Shown piece by piece: positions 34,706 to 46,700 of a DNA stretch of 64,000 nt; position 1 is the first letter of the stretch, and the number at the start of each line of letters is the position of its first letter. The position numbers and the translations under genes are program-made. The notes under the pieces are model-generated. The model made no database searches and was not told the DNA's origin. It saw nothing but the letters and a program-made list of their open reading frames with translations. Origin of the DNA: Vicugna vicugna (taxonomy: Eukaryota); the NCBI GenBank assembly GCA_013265495.1, contig MU057724.1:1689102-1753101 (forward strand), written 5' to 3'.

Positions 34706-37132
34706 GACCACCTCTCTTTATATTGTATTTTTTTTTTGCATATTTAACAGATAGTAAATTTTCAAAAACTTTTAGTGGATTAATAATACATTTGTGAAAA
34801 TCTGAGGTCAAAATACATCCCCACTAACCTTTCTGCGAGTCATATAATCATCAATCATTATTTGAGTTACTGACATTATTTACATGTCACATCTTTCTGA
34901 AAAAAATTGAGCTATCTGACAAGAGATTCCATCGTATCCTCACGGTGACGCTAAGACAGCCAGAGTCACACAGCACAGACGAAAAGGCAAAAAATAAAAA
35001 CACGAAAGACATCACCCACCACTGAATGCTACAGTATCACTTAAAAGCCCCTCGATATTCCAGCGTTCTCTTGTAGCTGCCGTGTTTGTTCCACTGAGCA
35101 TGTCTCCCCTTCCCCTTCAAACAAGGGCTGTAGGAAGACCCTGGTAGGGTATCTTGGCCTCTGGATTCCACCAGGGTCATATTTAGAACTTGGCTGGGGC
35201 AGCGCTCGGCTCCGTGCACCCCTCCCTGACCAGCATTCTGCCTGGCGGAGCCTGCCAGGTGCCTGATTGCACAGGGAGGGATGGGATCACTCAGTGTGAC
35301 AGTCAGGAGAGATTTCACAGATCACAAGTGTTTGGAGAGACTCGTCACAGCCGAGCCATGGAAACGTGGCTGCCATCTTCCCTGTGCCGGGGTGGCCTGC
35401 CAAGCAGGAGTCCAAGGTCACACGACAGCACTGCTCCTTTGGACCAGTGCCCACTGGAAAGAAATACCTCGAGCTAGACCACTGGTAAATACTGCTTTTT
35501 GAAAAAAAATCCAGACTCCGTTCTTTACCTGATCAGCCAGGAAGCACAGGGAAATTGGAGTTTAACATGACTTGGTGGATAATCAGCCTTTAAGTAACGA
35601 CATTTTTACAGTCCGTCCTCGAAGGAGTACAATGCCAACTTTGTTGGGAGGCAGATGGTAGGGGAAAAGGTGGATGTGAATCTGATCATTTAGCAGGCAA
35701 ATTAATTTATGTGACAATAACCAGCCTCCAAATTGGGTTTATTGACTCATTACATTTTCTCCCTATGAAATTTAGTAAAATGCCAAACTCTACATTTTAA
35801 AGGAGCTGAAGGTTATTTTCTCATTTTGAAAGGGGCACATTCAGCATTTGTTAGGATCTGCATTAACAATATTCCCACAGCTTCAAGCTACTGGGTGATT
35901 TTTCTGTAGTTTCTGGATAAAACATTTGTAGTAAACTTGTGGTCCCCTAGGCAATGCTTAATTAATCTTGAAAATAATCCGTTGTTTAATTGCTGGATCA
36001 CTTTTTGGGGGAGAGCCCAAGTAATTAAAAAAAATGAAACAGACCAGTAAAGCCTCACATTATTTTGATCAGGAAAGAAAAGAAGGGAGAAAAGGAAAGA
36101 AGAACGAGGCGAAATGTTAACGCTGTCGAGCTGCCCCTCAAGTCTGCAGGTTCTGCGCTAAGGGAAGGTTGTCTTGTGTGACCTGCCGGAGCCGAGTTAA
36201 TGAGAAGGAAGGGCTTGACTGCAGGAAACCGAGAAGGGATGCCGGAGCACGGACACCGCTGAGCAGCCTGTGTGGGGGCTGAGCACTGACTCTCTAAGCC
36301 CCGACCCCTCAGACCAGGAATCTCGGGCCGGCCCCGCGTGGCAGCCTCAGGGCGACCCAGCCGTGGTGTCTCTGACGCCGGAGTCGGGGACAGGCCGCCG
36401 GTGTGGGGGCGTCACGAGGGTCTCGGGCGGGTTCACCAGGGCCCTCCTGGCTGCAGGTTCCTGGACCGACTCATCTCAGCCTGTACAAAGCCACATCTCC
36501 CCCAGACTCTCTCGCTGTAGCCTTTGCCGACCTGCCCAGGCCGGGAAGGCTGGGCGGAGGTCTTCTTCATGTCTGCAGCACAAAACGACGGGCACGGTAG
36601 CCACGCTTTTAGGTTTACTCTACAACAAAAAATATGGCGGGAATACATGCTGTCGACAGAGATGTGAACAGTGTGGAGGGATCCAGGCCGGTGAGGGCTC
36701 ACTCCCGTTTCCCCAGAGGCGGCTCTGGGTGCCGGCCCTGCGCTCTGTCTTCCCGCACGGGGTCTGCACGTGCCGCTGCTTGCTGCCTGCTTTCCAGGGG
36801 AGCAGGCTGGCGCTGTAGCGCCGTCCTCCACTTTGCGTGATTTACAGAAGAGCATGTGTGTTCCCAGAATGGCGCTGCATCACACTGTCTTTTCACGGCT
36901 GAATAATATTCCTGGAGGTGAGTGCTTCTGTTTCGTGTGTCCAGGCCTTTTCGTTTCCTCCTCTGAGATGGAAGAAAGAGGACAAGGACATAGCTTCCTT
37001 GCTGTGGACAGAAACTCGAACCAGCATTTTCTCATGTCTTGCCCAGAAGGAAGATCTGGCAGGAGACACAGGAAAACAAGCATCGCAAAGCTTAAGTGAG
37101 GTTAACAATGTTTAATGTATTTAGAGAGCAGT

Positions 37133-37524
37133 TGTGAATGAAAAACATGGCAGCCGTATCAGTGAACAAAGGAAGCTGCGGCCAGCAAGCCATCAGCCAC
37201 TACCGCCCCCGACAGGGAGCAGAGGGCTCAGGATGGGGACGCGCAGGCAGCCTGGCCTCTGCCGTCCCTGCCACGGTGGCCTCGCAGGGGACGCAGGGTG
37301 GGGAAGAACAGGGCACCGGCTCCAGACAGCTGGGTGCACATCGAAGGAACGATTTCAATGACCCCAGACCTTTGCAGCTTCCCATACGTAGAAAAGCATT
37401 AAATTGCCATCTGGGACAGTCTCTCTGAGTGACCTGAGGGGCCGCCTTCCAGGTCCCAGTCCTCAGAGAGTCTGCTGCGTAAGCAGAGCTCTCAGCTTCT
37501 AGGCTGCGCGGTTCTCAGGCCACA
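37133..37524 (+). mobile_element. ERV1-type solo LTR (cetartiodactyl)
   Basis: TG...CA termini with near-TSD CAGT (37129-32) / CAGC (37525-28); internal TATCAGTGAACAAAGGA..GCGGCCA.CAAGCCATCAGCCACT and GATTTCAATGACCCCAGAC...TTCCCATACGTAGAAAAGCA. Confidence 0.65.
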
Positions 37525-37864
37525 CAGCCCACCCGGCAAATCATTTCTGTAAAATGCTCTCAGGCTGGTCTGCCCAGGGTGTCCCCTTGGAGGCGCCCTC
37601 CATCATGATGCCCTCACTGTGGGCCTCCTCCTGGCCCAGGGTCTCCCGGGTGGGCTCCCTCCCCTCTGCTCCCTGCCCTTCCTCACCTTGAACATGGCCC
37701 AGGCCGTTCTGCCCACGACATGGGTCACGGCTCCCTGTGCTCCGGGACCACTGGCGCTCTCACGGCAGGCGTGGGTGGGCCCTGAGCCTGTGCGGTGATG
37801 CGTGCGGCCCCTCAGCCCAGCCTTAGTCAGAGCCGAGGACGGATGCTCTGACCCGGCGTCTCAC

Positions 37865-37985
37865 CCTCGTCCGGCTGTGAGGTCGTCCAGGCCGTCCTGG
37901 CCCCTCCCCGCCCCTCGGTTTCCTCATCCCCAGAAGAGGGATCGGGACCTGTCACCTCCGGTTAGTCTCCATCGCGAGACTCAGC
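37865..37985 (+). mobile_element. MIR fragment, GC-shifted
   Basis: GCTGTGAGGTC...CCTCGGTTTCCTCATCCCCAGAAGAGGGATC resembles MIR core CCTCAGTTTCCTCATCTGTAAAATGGGGATA. Confidence 0.55.
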
Positions 37986-39889
37986 CCACGTCGCTGCTGA
38001 TCCACGGGCTGAGCGGCTCGGACGGCCAGGCCAGCCCTCAGATCGCAGGCTGCTTCCTCACTCCAGCACAGGTTAAGGTCCTCTGAAGGCTGTTGCGTCT
38101 GTTTTGAACACGGGGGTGCTGATGTTGGTTGACGCCCGGAAACCTGCGGACCAGCTGGCCCCGGCGCCCTGGCACCACTGACGGTGCTCGCAGGAGGGGC
38201 TTCTGCCGGCGAGGCCGGTTTTAATCAAGCTGCATCGGAAATGCAGTTCACCCCTCCTGGGCGGAAAAGAGTGAGTCCCCACTGGGTGGACGTGCAGCGC
38301 TGTAACGCCGAGCTCTTTAAACGCTTTCAATGGGAGGTAAAACTCTTTCATCCAACGACCTTGCATCAGGGGCCCCTTGCCCATCCCCGTCCTAAGGCCA
38401 CGTGGTGACTGAGATGGCTTAGAGCTGAGTGGGGAAGCCAGCAACATGACATTGTGTGACAGTGTGGCCAGTGTCCCCACAGAAGCCCTAAAGGAGTCCA
38501 TGGAGGGGAAAGGACACGAGTGACCGGGGTGAGGGAGGGACAGTCACGAGGAAGTTGAATTTGTAGCTGTGGCTTTTAGTCCTTTGTTTTGGTTCTTGGC
38601 AGTGAAAAGGGTGTGGGGAGGAAGTCGGAGCTAGAGTGTAGAGTTACCATCAGTACAGACTCCCCTTTTCCTCGCCCCTCTCCCCAGGCAGGAGTGCCTG
38701 TTGGCTGGGACCGGGCGATAAACCCCGTGGAAAGCATGGCCTTCCTGCAGCGTACGTCCCGGCGTCTTGGCGGCGGGAGAGCCGGGGTGGCAGGGTCTCA
38801 GACAGAAACGAGAAAGCTGCAGCCATGGTGGCTTGCGAGCCACAGCCCATCCTGCTGGATCCAGGGGATTTTTGTTACCACAGTTGACGTTTGAGTGGTG
38901 ATAACTGTGTGCACTTGGCCGTTCCTCCAGTTTGGAGCCAGTGGGGAAGTCAATGCAGAAATCAGACAGGTGGTCAAAATTCCATCTTCTGTCCAAGGGA
39001 TGAGTGAAGGTGTGAGACTGCAGATGGGGTCTGGCCAGTAATCCCACGCCCCCTCCCTCCCGCCTTCTCTCCACCCCCTGAACTGACTTGACTCTGCCAC
39101 CCCCAGGCCGCAGGACCTCCCCTGCAGGCTGGAGGGACAGCTAAACGAGGGAGCACAGGCTGCTCCTGTGGGAGGGGACGGGCTGAGCCCTGCCAACAGC
39201 TCGGTCCCCTCGGGACTTGCCAGCCAGAGAAGCCACGCCTCCCCGGGGGTATGGGACGGACTGAGGACAGGGCCAGGGGTGTCCCTCCGGTGAACGTGCC
39301 CCAGGGAAGCAGCCGAGGCATGGAGAACATCGTCTACGACAGGCTTGTGGCTCAACATGGAAGCAGGAAATCGGAAGTTTGATGTTTTCTCCATCAGCCT
39401 TGCTCCGGCGTTCAGGACACAGGTGCCCTGACATCCAGGCTCGCCCGCGTCCCTCCAGATACACGTCACTTGTACCAGCAGGGAGTCACACACCCTTTTT
39501 GCTCCAGGACAGTGTTGTTCTGAGCTGACGAGCCCCTTCCTGCTCTGTTTCCAGCCCTCGCCCTGCCCAGCCGTGTAGTCGAGTGTAGATCCCCAGACAT
39601 TGTATAAGCAAAGGAAAGACTAGCCATAAACACAGCCCTACGAAGCCAGGAAAATCAGCATGCTCCTAATTTGACCCTTAGACCTTCCTGTACGTTAGCA
39701 GATTTCCAGGGAGAGCGTAGAAGCTGGAAAGAATTCTGCCCAGTTTTCCTTCCTCTTGGCCTCAGCCAGCAAGTCTCCACTGTGATCCTTGGCGGCAGCT
39801 GTGTCTCAGGCTGCCTCTGCCGACTATGATTTCCTTGGGACCTTGGAAGCCCAACTGACTCGAGATGATGCAAGTCTCTCATTGCTTCA

Positions 39890-40120
39890 CCACCCTGGCA
39901 ACCGCTGGTCTTTCTACTGTCTCCATAGTAACGCCTTTCCCAGATGTCACATGGTTGAAATCAGACAGTGTGTAGCCTTTTCAGATTGGCTTCTTTCACC
40001 TGGTAATATGCAGGTGAGTTTCCTCCATGGCTTTTCAAGGCTGGATGGCTTATTTCTTTTTCAGTGCTGAGTAATATTCCATTGGTTGGATGTACCATAG
40101 TTTGTTTATCCATTGACGTA
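39890..40120 (-). mobile_element. Old LINE-1 (L1MB/L1MC-like) 3' fragment
   Basis: CCCTGGCAACCGCTGGTCTTT...TGTAGCCTTTTCAGATTGGCTTCTTTCAC...GCTGAGTAATATTCCATTG. Confidence 0.75.
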
Positions 40121-41127
40121 CTGGTTTTATATCCATTTTACAGTTAAGAAAGATGGGCACAGAGGACTAATGACTTACCCAATGCCAGCCAGGTATTTGG
40201 CAGGAGGGAGAGGACGGGTTTGGATCGAGGAAGCCTGCCTGCCGCTAACACGTTCATCACCAACGGAAGCATGCTGAGTTCCCCTACCCACTTTAGAAGC
40301 ATGTCTATTCTTTCCCCCAACAAATATTTACTAAGTGCTCAGAACGTTTCTCGACATAAACTGGTCTTCTGAGTCTAGTTTTCTCTTACAAAATAACTCA
40401 TATATACGCGTTCAAAATTATAGTCTCAACCACCTGAAAAACCCACATAAAGTCTTTCAAGCTAATGAAGGTTCCCTGAGACGTTACAGTGAATTTCACA
40501 AAAGACACCGCATATCTGGTTGGCACAGTGACGGCCAGGCTACTGCGGGATTTCCCTTGTGCTTACCTGAGGCTCTGCCCCCTGAGGATGGAGGGTTAGC
40601 AGGAGGACAACCAGAGGCGGAATTTCGGCATTTCTACTTAGGAGCTGTTTGCCAATAAGAAGTAACTGCCCCGAACCTCAATTTCCTTAAAAGAAGGGGA
40701 AATCACATGCCTCCCAGGCTGCGAGGCTGGAGTGAATGGGTGAGAGCAGCTGCCTGGTGGGAAGGCGCCCCCCAGAGGCTGAGCGCGTGGCTCCCACGGC
40801 ATCACTGCCTGGACCGTCCTGGCCTGCTTCCTGACTAGAGCTGGCCACTGGGCCGCAGCTGCTGCTGGAGCACCGGGGACTCAAGAATCCTCAGGCAGCA
40901 GCGGTCCTATGGCAATAAGTTGCCTGGCCACAGGGATGCGACGCCCAGGATAGAACACGATTTCCATAAACATGTTTTGCATAAAATTCCATTTCCTCCA
41001 TTCATGAGAATAAAAATGACAGAATATACTTCTTATTTGTGTATGGAAGACTGGACTCATCCCACTAAATGTGAGCTCTTCTAGAGAGAACAGCATCAAA
41101 GTGAGGCCAAGCTGCCCTTCCTCACTG

Positions 41128-41235
41128 CCCCACAGGGCTGCTCCTGTGCCCAGAGGTAGACCCTCCCCACAGGGCTGCGCCTGTGCCCGGAGGCAGACCC
41201 TCCCCATGGGGATGCGCCTCTGCCCAAAGGTGGGC
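41128..41235. repeat. 37-bp minisatellite, ~3 copies
   Basis: CCCCACAGGGCTGCTCCTGTGCCCAGAGGTAGACCCT (41128-64), CCCCACAGGGCTGCGCCTGTGCCCGGAGGCAGACCCT (41165-201), and a degenerate third copy. Confidence 0.85.
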
Positions 41236-41667
41236 GTGGAGGACCAGCGTTGGAGGCAGGGCCGTGCTGGGTCCCACCTACGGCTCTGAGCGTGGATGCT
41301 CCACCCACATTCGCCTTCCTTTCGGGTCGCAGGGACGCTTGCTGTCCCCAGAGCGGGGGTTCCATCATGGCAGATGCCACAGCCACTTCAGAAATGCTGG
41401 GGACATGCTGAGCCAGGTTTGGCAGCTTCAGGGACTTAAGGTGAATGCTCTCTTTTCAGCTGAATAGCCAATAATTGATTTCTCTGTCTGCAGATATTTA
41501 GCAGATTCTTTGATTCAGTGGTGCTGGTTAACATTTCATCAGAACTGAAAACGAGGATGGGGACCATCCCCTTGAAGTAAAACGCACGGGCTCCCTCCAG
41601 AGCATGGCCCCCAAAGCATGAGCCTTGGCCCATGGCTGAGCCTGAGCTTTGAGACGCGCCGTGTAAC

Positions 41668-42055
41668 TGTTCGGGGCTGAATCCTGTCCCCGAAACACGG
41701 GCTGAAGCCCTAGCCCCCAGGCCGGAAGGGTGCAACAGTACTTGGAGGCAGGGTCTTTGACGACATCCTGAAGGTACCATTGGGTCATTCAGGTGGGCCC
41801 TATCCAGCCTGACCGGTGTCCTTGTGGGAAGAGGTCAGGACACAGACAGCACCCAGGTACCCACAGCGGGGAGGCCACACGGGGACACGGGAGAAGACGG
41901 CCGTCCACACGCCACGGAGAGGCTTCCGGAGAAAGTGAACCTGCTCACGCCTTGACCTCTGACCTCCAGCCTCCAGAACCGTGAGAAGTAAGTGTGTGTA
42001 TCCGCGTCACCCAGGTCCCCACGTCTTGTTGTGTCAGCCCTGCGGCGCTAATGGA
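41668..42055 (+). mobile_element. MLT1B/C-like solo LTR
   Basis: GGCTGAATCCTGTCCCC...AGGGTCTTTG...GGTGGGCCCTATCCA...GGTGTCCTT...GGAGAAGACGGCCGTC...CCAGCCTCCAGAACCGTGAGA. Confidence 0.85.
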
Positions 42056-44293
42056 GCAGCACATACGTTCGATTTTTCACTTTCGTTCTGAGTTAACAAA
42101 AGGAAGTGAATGATTTTACCTTCCTCTCTCTCTCTCTCTCTTTTTATTTTTTCCGGGAAACTAAGCAGAGAATGTGTCAGGCCTGTCTTCAAATCCTTTT
42201 CTCCTGCAGAGCGTTGTCTTTTGTGAGAACAGTAACAGCTCGGTCATAGTTCTGGGTCAGTTCCAAGGCTGGAAAGAAAGCACGGTGATTCACCCACAAT
42301 TCTTTGGAAAAATAAACGTGGTGCATACATCCTACTAGACCAGAGAGTGAAGCCATTTCGTCGTTGCAAGGACAGATTCCAACTTATTGAAGCAAAGCAC
42401 TCGTCCACAGAGGGAGCGTTTTAAAATCGATGAAATATTTTCCAAGGTGAAAAAAACCAGCGTTCACAAGTGGGCACGTGAGTCCGCTTTGCTCAGACTT
42501 CTGCCGTGTTTCTGACATGGCTGACTGACAAGCGGTTTTCACAGGCACGAGCATGCTTACCTCAGCTTCAGGCCAGATTACAGTCAGGACTGGCTGTGCT
42601 TCAGACTCGGGCTTCCCGCTGGAATGTGCACGTCCCCGGGTCCTGCAACAGCGCTCTGTCCACACAGCAGCTGCTGACCGTGTCCAGGGCCCCTCTGGGT
42701 TCAGAAAAGCCTGAAAGCGGCCAACGGGCAGTGACTGCTTCCCATGTTCATGTTACAATGTCCCGTGAATTCGTAAAAGCAACCAGATGCTGCCGTCACT
42801 CATTGTCTACATGGCTCATGAGTGACAAAAGATGCCTAAAATTTTAAAGGTAATTGACAGCAAAACCCTACAAGCGACTCTTACTGTACATTCACCTGCG
42901 AATGTCGGAGATACGGGTTCTGCATAGATGGCTTTTAGAGGGGTTTTTTTGGAGGCAGTGTGTTTTGATTGCTTGCTTTTGAACAAGAGAAAATAAAACA
43001 CGCCGTAGCTGACAGCATGAAGGACATGAAGACTTCAGCTGGTCTGAGGCCCAGGAGAAGGAGGAAGGAACAGCTCAGCCAAGGATGTGACCTGAACTTT
43101 GGAGTCTAATTTTTGCCCAGGTGTGTCTTTCAGACTCCTTGTCGTGTCATTAAAATAAAGGTCAGGGAGCACACGAGATGAATGTGAAGGCGTCTGAGAA
43201 CAAAACGTGTCTATTTTGTTCAGCTGGATTCGGGGTATGTGAGTGCTTAAAAAATTATCCTTGAAGTTTTTTCCTGAAATATTGCATAATAACAAAAGTA
43301 AAAATGAAGAGAAATGTCTTCTCAGTGTTTTTTTTTTTAATTTCCTTCTTTTGTGGATGATGGCCTGTAGTCCACCCCTCTGTGTGTACTGGGCCCCCGT
43401 GGCTGGACAAGCAGAAGGAAGCCTGCGAGCCAGTCCTCGGGGCTGTTAGAAGGGCTGAGAGGGTCTGCATCCCTCAGGACCAGCCTGGGCCAGTGGTACC
43501 CATGGCTTTCCTTCTGTTCGGGCTGCCATGTAAAAATGCACTTGGACACTTTCAGGGTAGGGAGTCAAAATGGTTTTTTGATGGTTGGGGATCTCATAAT
43601 TTCTCAGGAAGCTCTTGTGAGGTTTTAGAGGTTTGGAAGAGCGAATCCTCTGGTACTGGGGTGGGAGAAGCAGAAAAGCCTCAGTCAGGAATCTCCCATC
43701 ACCGTCGCTCGTCAAGGCGGGTTACTCTGTTTAGAATGTTGGAAACAGAAGAGTGTTAGGATGGGAAATGAAAGAGCGGCTTATACATACAGAGAGTGAG
43801 AGACATTTGGGCAGAGAAGCCCTGCATGGAAAGCCCTGCTCTATTTATGCAAAAATAGTTAAAATGGACTGTTCCACAATTATTAAGAATCTGTTACGTA
43901 CCAGAGACTTCAAACTTCACTGCAGAACTTGAACGTAAATAAAAACCTGGTGTCTCTGTTGAGTTGCCCATTCTTTCTGTGTAAGAGTCTCTCTCTTTTA
44001 AGCCCAAAGAACTCCCAAGTTGGCTGACACGCAGCTCGTGGTGGTCGGGGCCCTGACTCTAGTCCAGCGGGGGCTTGAGAAGTGGATTAGCAGAGTGGTG
44101 GAGGTTCACTGGTGAGTTCTACCCAAGGTTTAAAAAATTAATGCTAGTTCTTCATAAACTATCCACCCCCAAAAGAAGTAGAGGGAACATTTCCCATGGA
44201 TACAATGTCTTTCTGTTTATTTAGATATTCTTTAATTTCTTTTAATAATGACTTATGGTAAGGTATAACTTTTTCACTTCTTTCATTAAATTT

Positions 44294-45089
44294 TTTTTTA
44301 CATTTTTTTATTGAGTTGTAGTCAGTTTACAATGTGTCAAATTCCAGCGTAGAGCACAATTTTTCAGTTATACATGAACATACATATATTCATTGTCACA
44401 TTTTTTTCTCTGTGAGCTACCACAAGATCTTGTATATATTTCCCTGCGCTATGCAGTATAAACTTGTTTATCCATTCTGCATATGCCTGTCAGTATCTAC
44501 AGATTTTGAAATCCCAGTCTGTCTCTTCCCACCTCCCGCCTCCTTGGCAACCACAAGTTTGTATTCTATGTCTATGAGTCTGTTTCTGTTTTGTATTTAT
44601 GTTCTTTTTCTTTTTTTTTTTTTTTTTGTTTCCCCATATGAGTGTTCTCTTATGNNNNNNNNNNNNNNNNNNNNNNNNNCATTCTCCTGGTCCATTCATA
44701 TTGCTGCAAATGGCATTATTTTATTATTATTTTATTGCTGAATAGTAGTCTATTGGACATATATACTACAACCTCTTTATCCAGTCGTCTGTCAGTGGAC
44801 ATTTAGGTTGTTTCCATGTCTTGCTATTGTAAATAATGCTGCTGTGAACACTGGGGTGCAGGTGTCATCCTGAAGTAGGGTTCCTTCTGGATATATGCCC
44901 AGGAGCAGGATTCCTAGGTCATATGGTAAGTCTGTTCCTATTCTTTTGAGGAATCTCCATACTATTTTCCACAGTGGCCGCACCAAACTGCATTCCCACC
45001 AGCAGTGTAGGAGGCTTCCCTTTACTCCACAGCCTCTCCAGTATTTGTCATTTGTGGACTTTTGAATGGTCATTCTGACTGCTGTGAGG
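44294..45089 (-). mobile_element. Relatively young 5'-truncated LINE-1 (ORF2 C-terminus + 3' UTR + poly-A) nested in an older L1
   Basis: Minus [33 protein letters not shown]...CTPVFTAALFTIA; T-rich tail at left; 16-bp TSD 44278-44293 / 45090-45105. Confidence 0.92.
44655..44679. other. Assembly gap (25 N)
   Basis: Run of exactly 25 n inside the L1. Confidence 0.99.
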
Positions 45090-45105
45090 TTCTTTTGTTA
45101 AATTT

Positions 45106-46530
45106 ATCGCCAAGTATTTTATTCTTTTTGATGCTATTGTAAATAAAACTGTGTCATGAATTTTATTTTCAGATTGTTCATTGCTAGTGCATAGAAATGC
45201 CATTGACTTTTGTATATTGATCTTGTAGCTTATAATCTTGCTGAACTCATTCTAATAGTCTTAAAGTGTATCACCTTGGAGATCTGTATCTACATAAGTT
45301 GATATTCAGATGGTAAACCAACATTGTGATATAGGGATAAATCCCACTTGGTCATGGTGTGTGATGTTTTTACGTTTCTGGATTCAGCTTGCTGGTATTT
45401 TGTTGGGAAGTTTTGCATCTGTGTTCGTAAGATAATTCTGTCTGTAGTTTTCTTTTGACATTTATAGTTTTCTTAGACATCTTTTGGTGTCTTTGTTTTG
45501 GGGTGTTGGGGTGATAACTGGTCTCAAAGGATGAGTTGGAACATGTTCCCTCCTTTTCTGTTTGGGGTGAGAGTTTATGAAGAATTAGTATTGGTTTTTT
45601 GAGCACTTGGTAGAATTCACTGGTGAAGCTACCTCAGATTTTCTCTGAGGGTGGTGTTTGAATTACTTTGTCTCTTTGATGGTAGTTTTTAAACGACTGA
45701 TTCAGTCACCTTACCAGTTACAGGTCTACTCAGATTTTCTATTTCTTTATGAGTCAGTTTGAATTGTTTTTGTCTGTCTAGAAATTTTTCCATTTTTTCT
45801 AAGTTATCTAATTTATTGATAAAATTGTTCATGCTATTCTTTAATAATTCTCTTTTATTTTTGTAAGGTTAGAAGTAATATCCTCTCTTTCATTTCTGAT
45901 TCAGTATTTCTGTATTTTTGAATTTGCAGTGTGTCCCCTGTAGGCAGTATGTCGTTGAATCTTTTTATAAAACCTAGTCTGACAATCTCTGCCTTTTGAT
46001 TAGGTAATTTATTTCATTTACACTTAATGTAACTGTTAGTACAGTTGATTTGTGTACTGTTTTACTATTTTAAACGTCTCATGTCATTTCTGTTCTGCTA
46101 CTGCTACTCAGCTGCTTTCATTTGTGTTAAGCGAATATTTTCTAGTGTAACATTTTGGTCTTTTAAATGATTTTTTTTCTGTTTTTTGAGTTGTTCCCTT
46201 AGCATTACTCTAGGGCTTACAATATACATCTTAATTTGCAAGAATCAGCTTCAGCTTTATACTAACTTAATTGCAAAGAGATACAGAAATGTTACTGCTA
46301 TGTTTTTTTTCCTGCTTTCTGTGTTATTATTGTTGTACACATAACGACTATGAAAGTTACAAACTCAACAATACATTGATATAAATGGTATAAAATACAC
46401 AATTTTATATTTTTTAAAGACTCGGAGACAGGAGAGTCAGTGTATACTTATAACTTTTGTTATATTACTCTTAATTTTTTTGCTTATTGCTGATTATCTT
46501 CATTTGCTCCTACAGCTTTGAATCACCCTC
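45106..46530 (-). mobile_element. Old LINE-1 (L1M) ORF2 remnants
   Basis: T-rich antisense L1; minus translation ILHKLSPQTEKEGTCSNSSFETS resembles ORF2 ILHKLFQKIEEEGILPNSFYEAS; GGGATAAATCCCACTTGGTCATGGTG motif. Confidence 0.8.
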
Positions 46531-46539
46531 TGGGATTAA

Positions 46540-46700
46540 GGCTGCCGTCTACAAGCCAGGGAGAGAGGCTTCAGAGAAACCAGCCCTGCCGGCACTTGCT
46601 GCTGGGCTTCCAGCTCCCAGAATCGTGGGAAAATACATTTTTGTTGTTTAAGCCCCCCAAGGCTGTGGTGTTTTGTTATGGCAGCTGGGCTGACTAATAC
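46540..46700 (+). mobile_element. MLT1 LTR 3' fragment
   Basis: GCCGTCTACAAGCCAGGGAGAGAGGC...CCCTGCCGGCAC...TTGTTTAAGCC...TTTGTTATGGCAGC...ACTAATAC. Confidence 0.8.
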
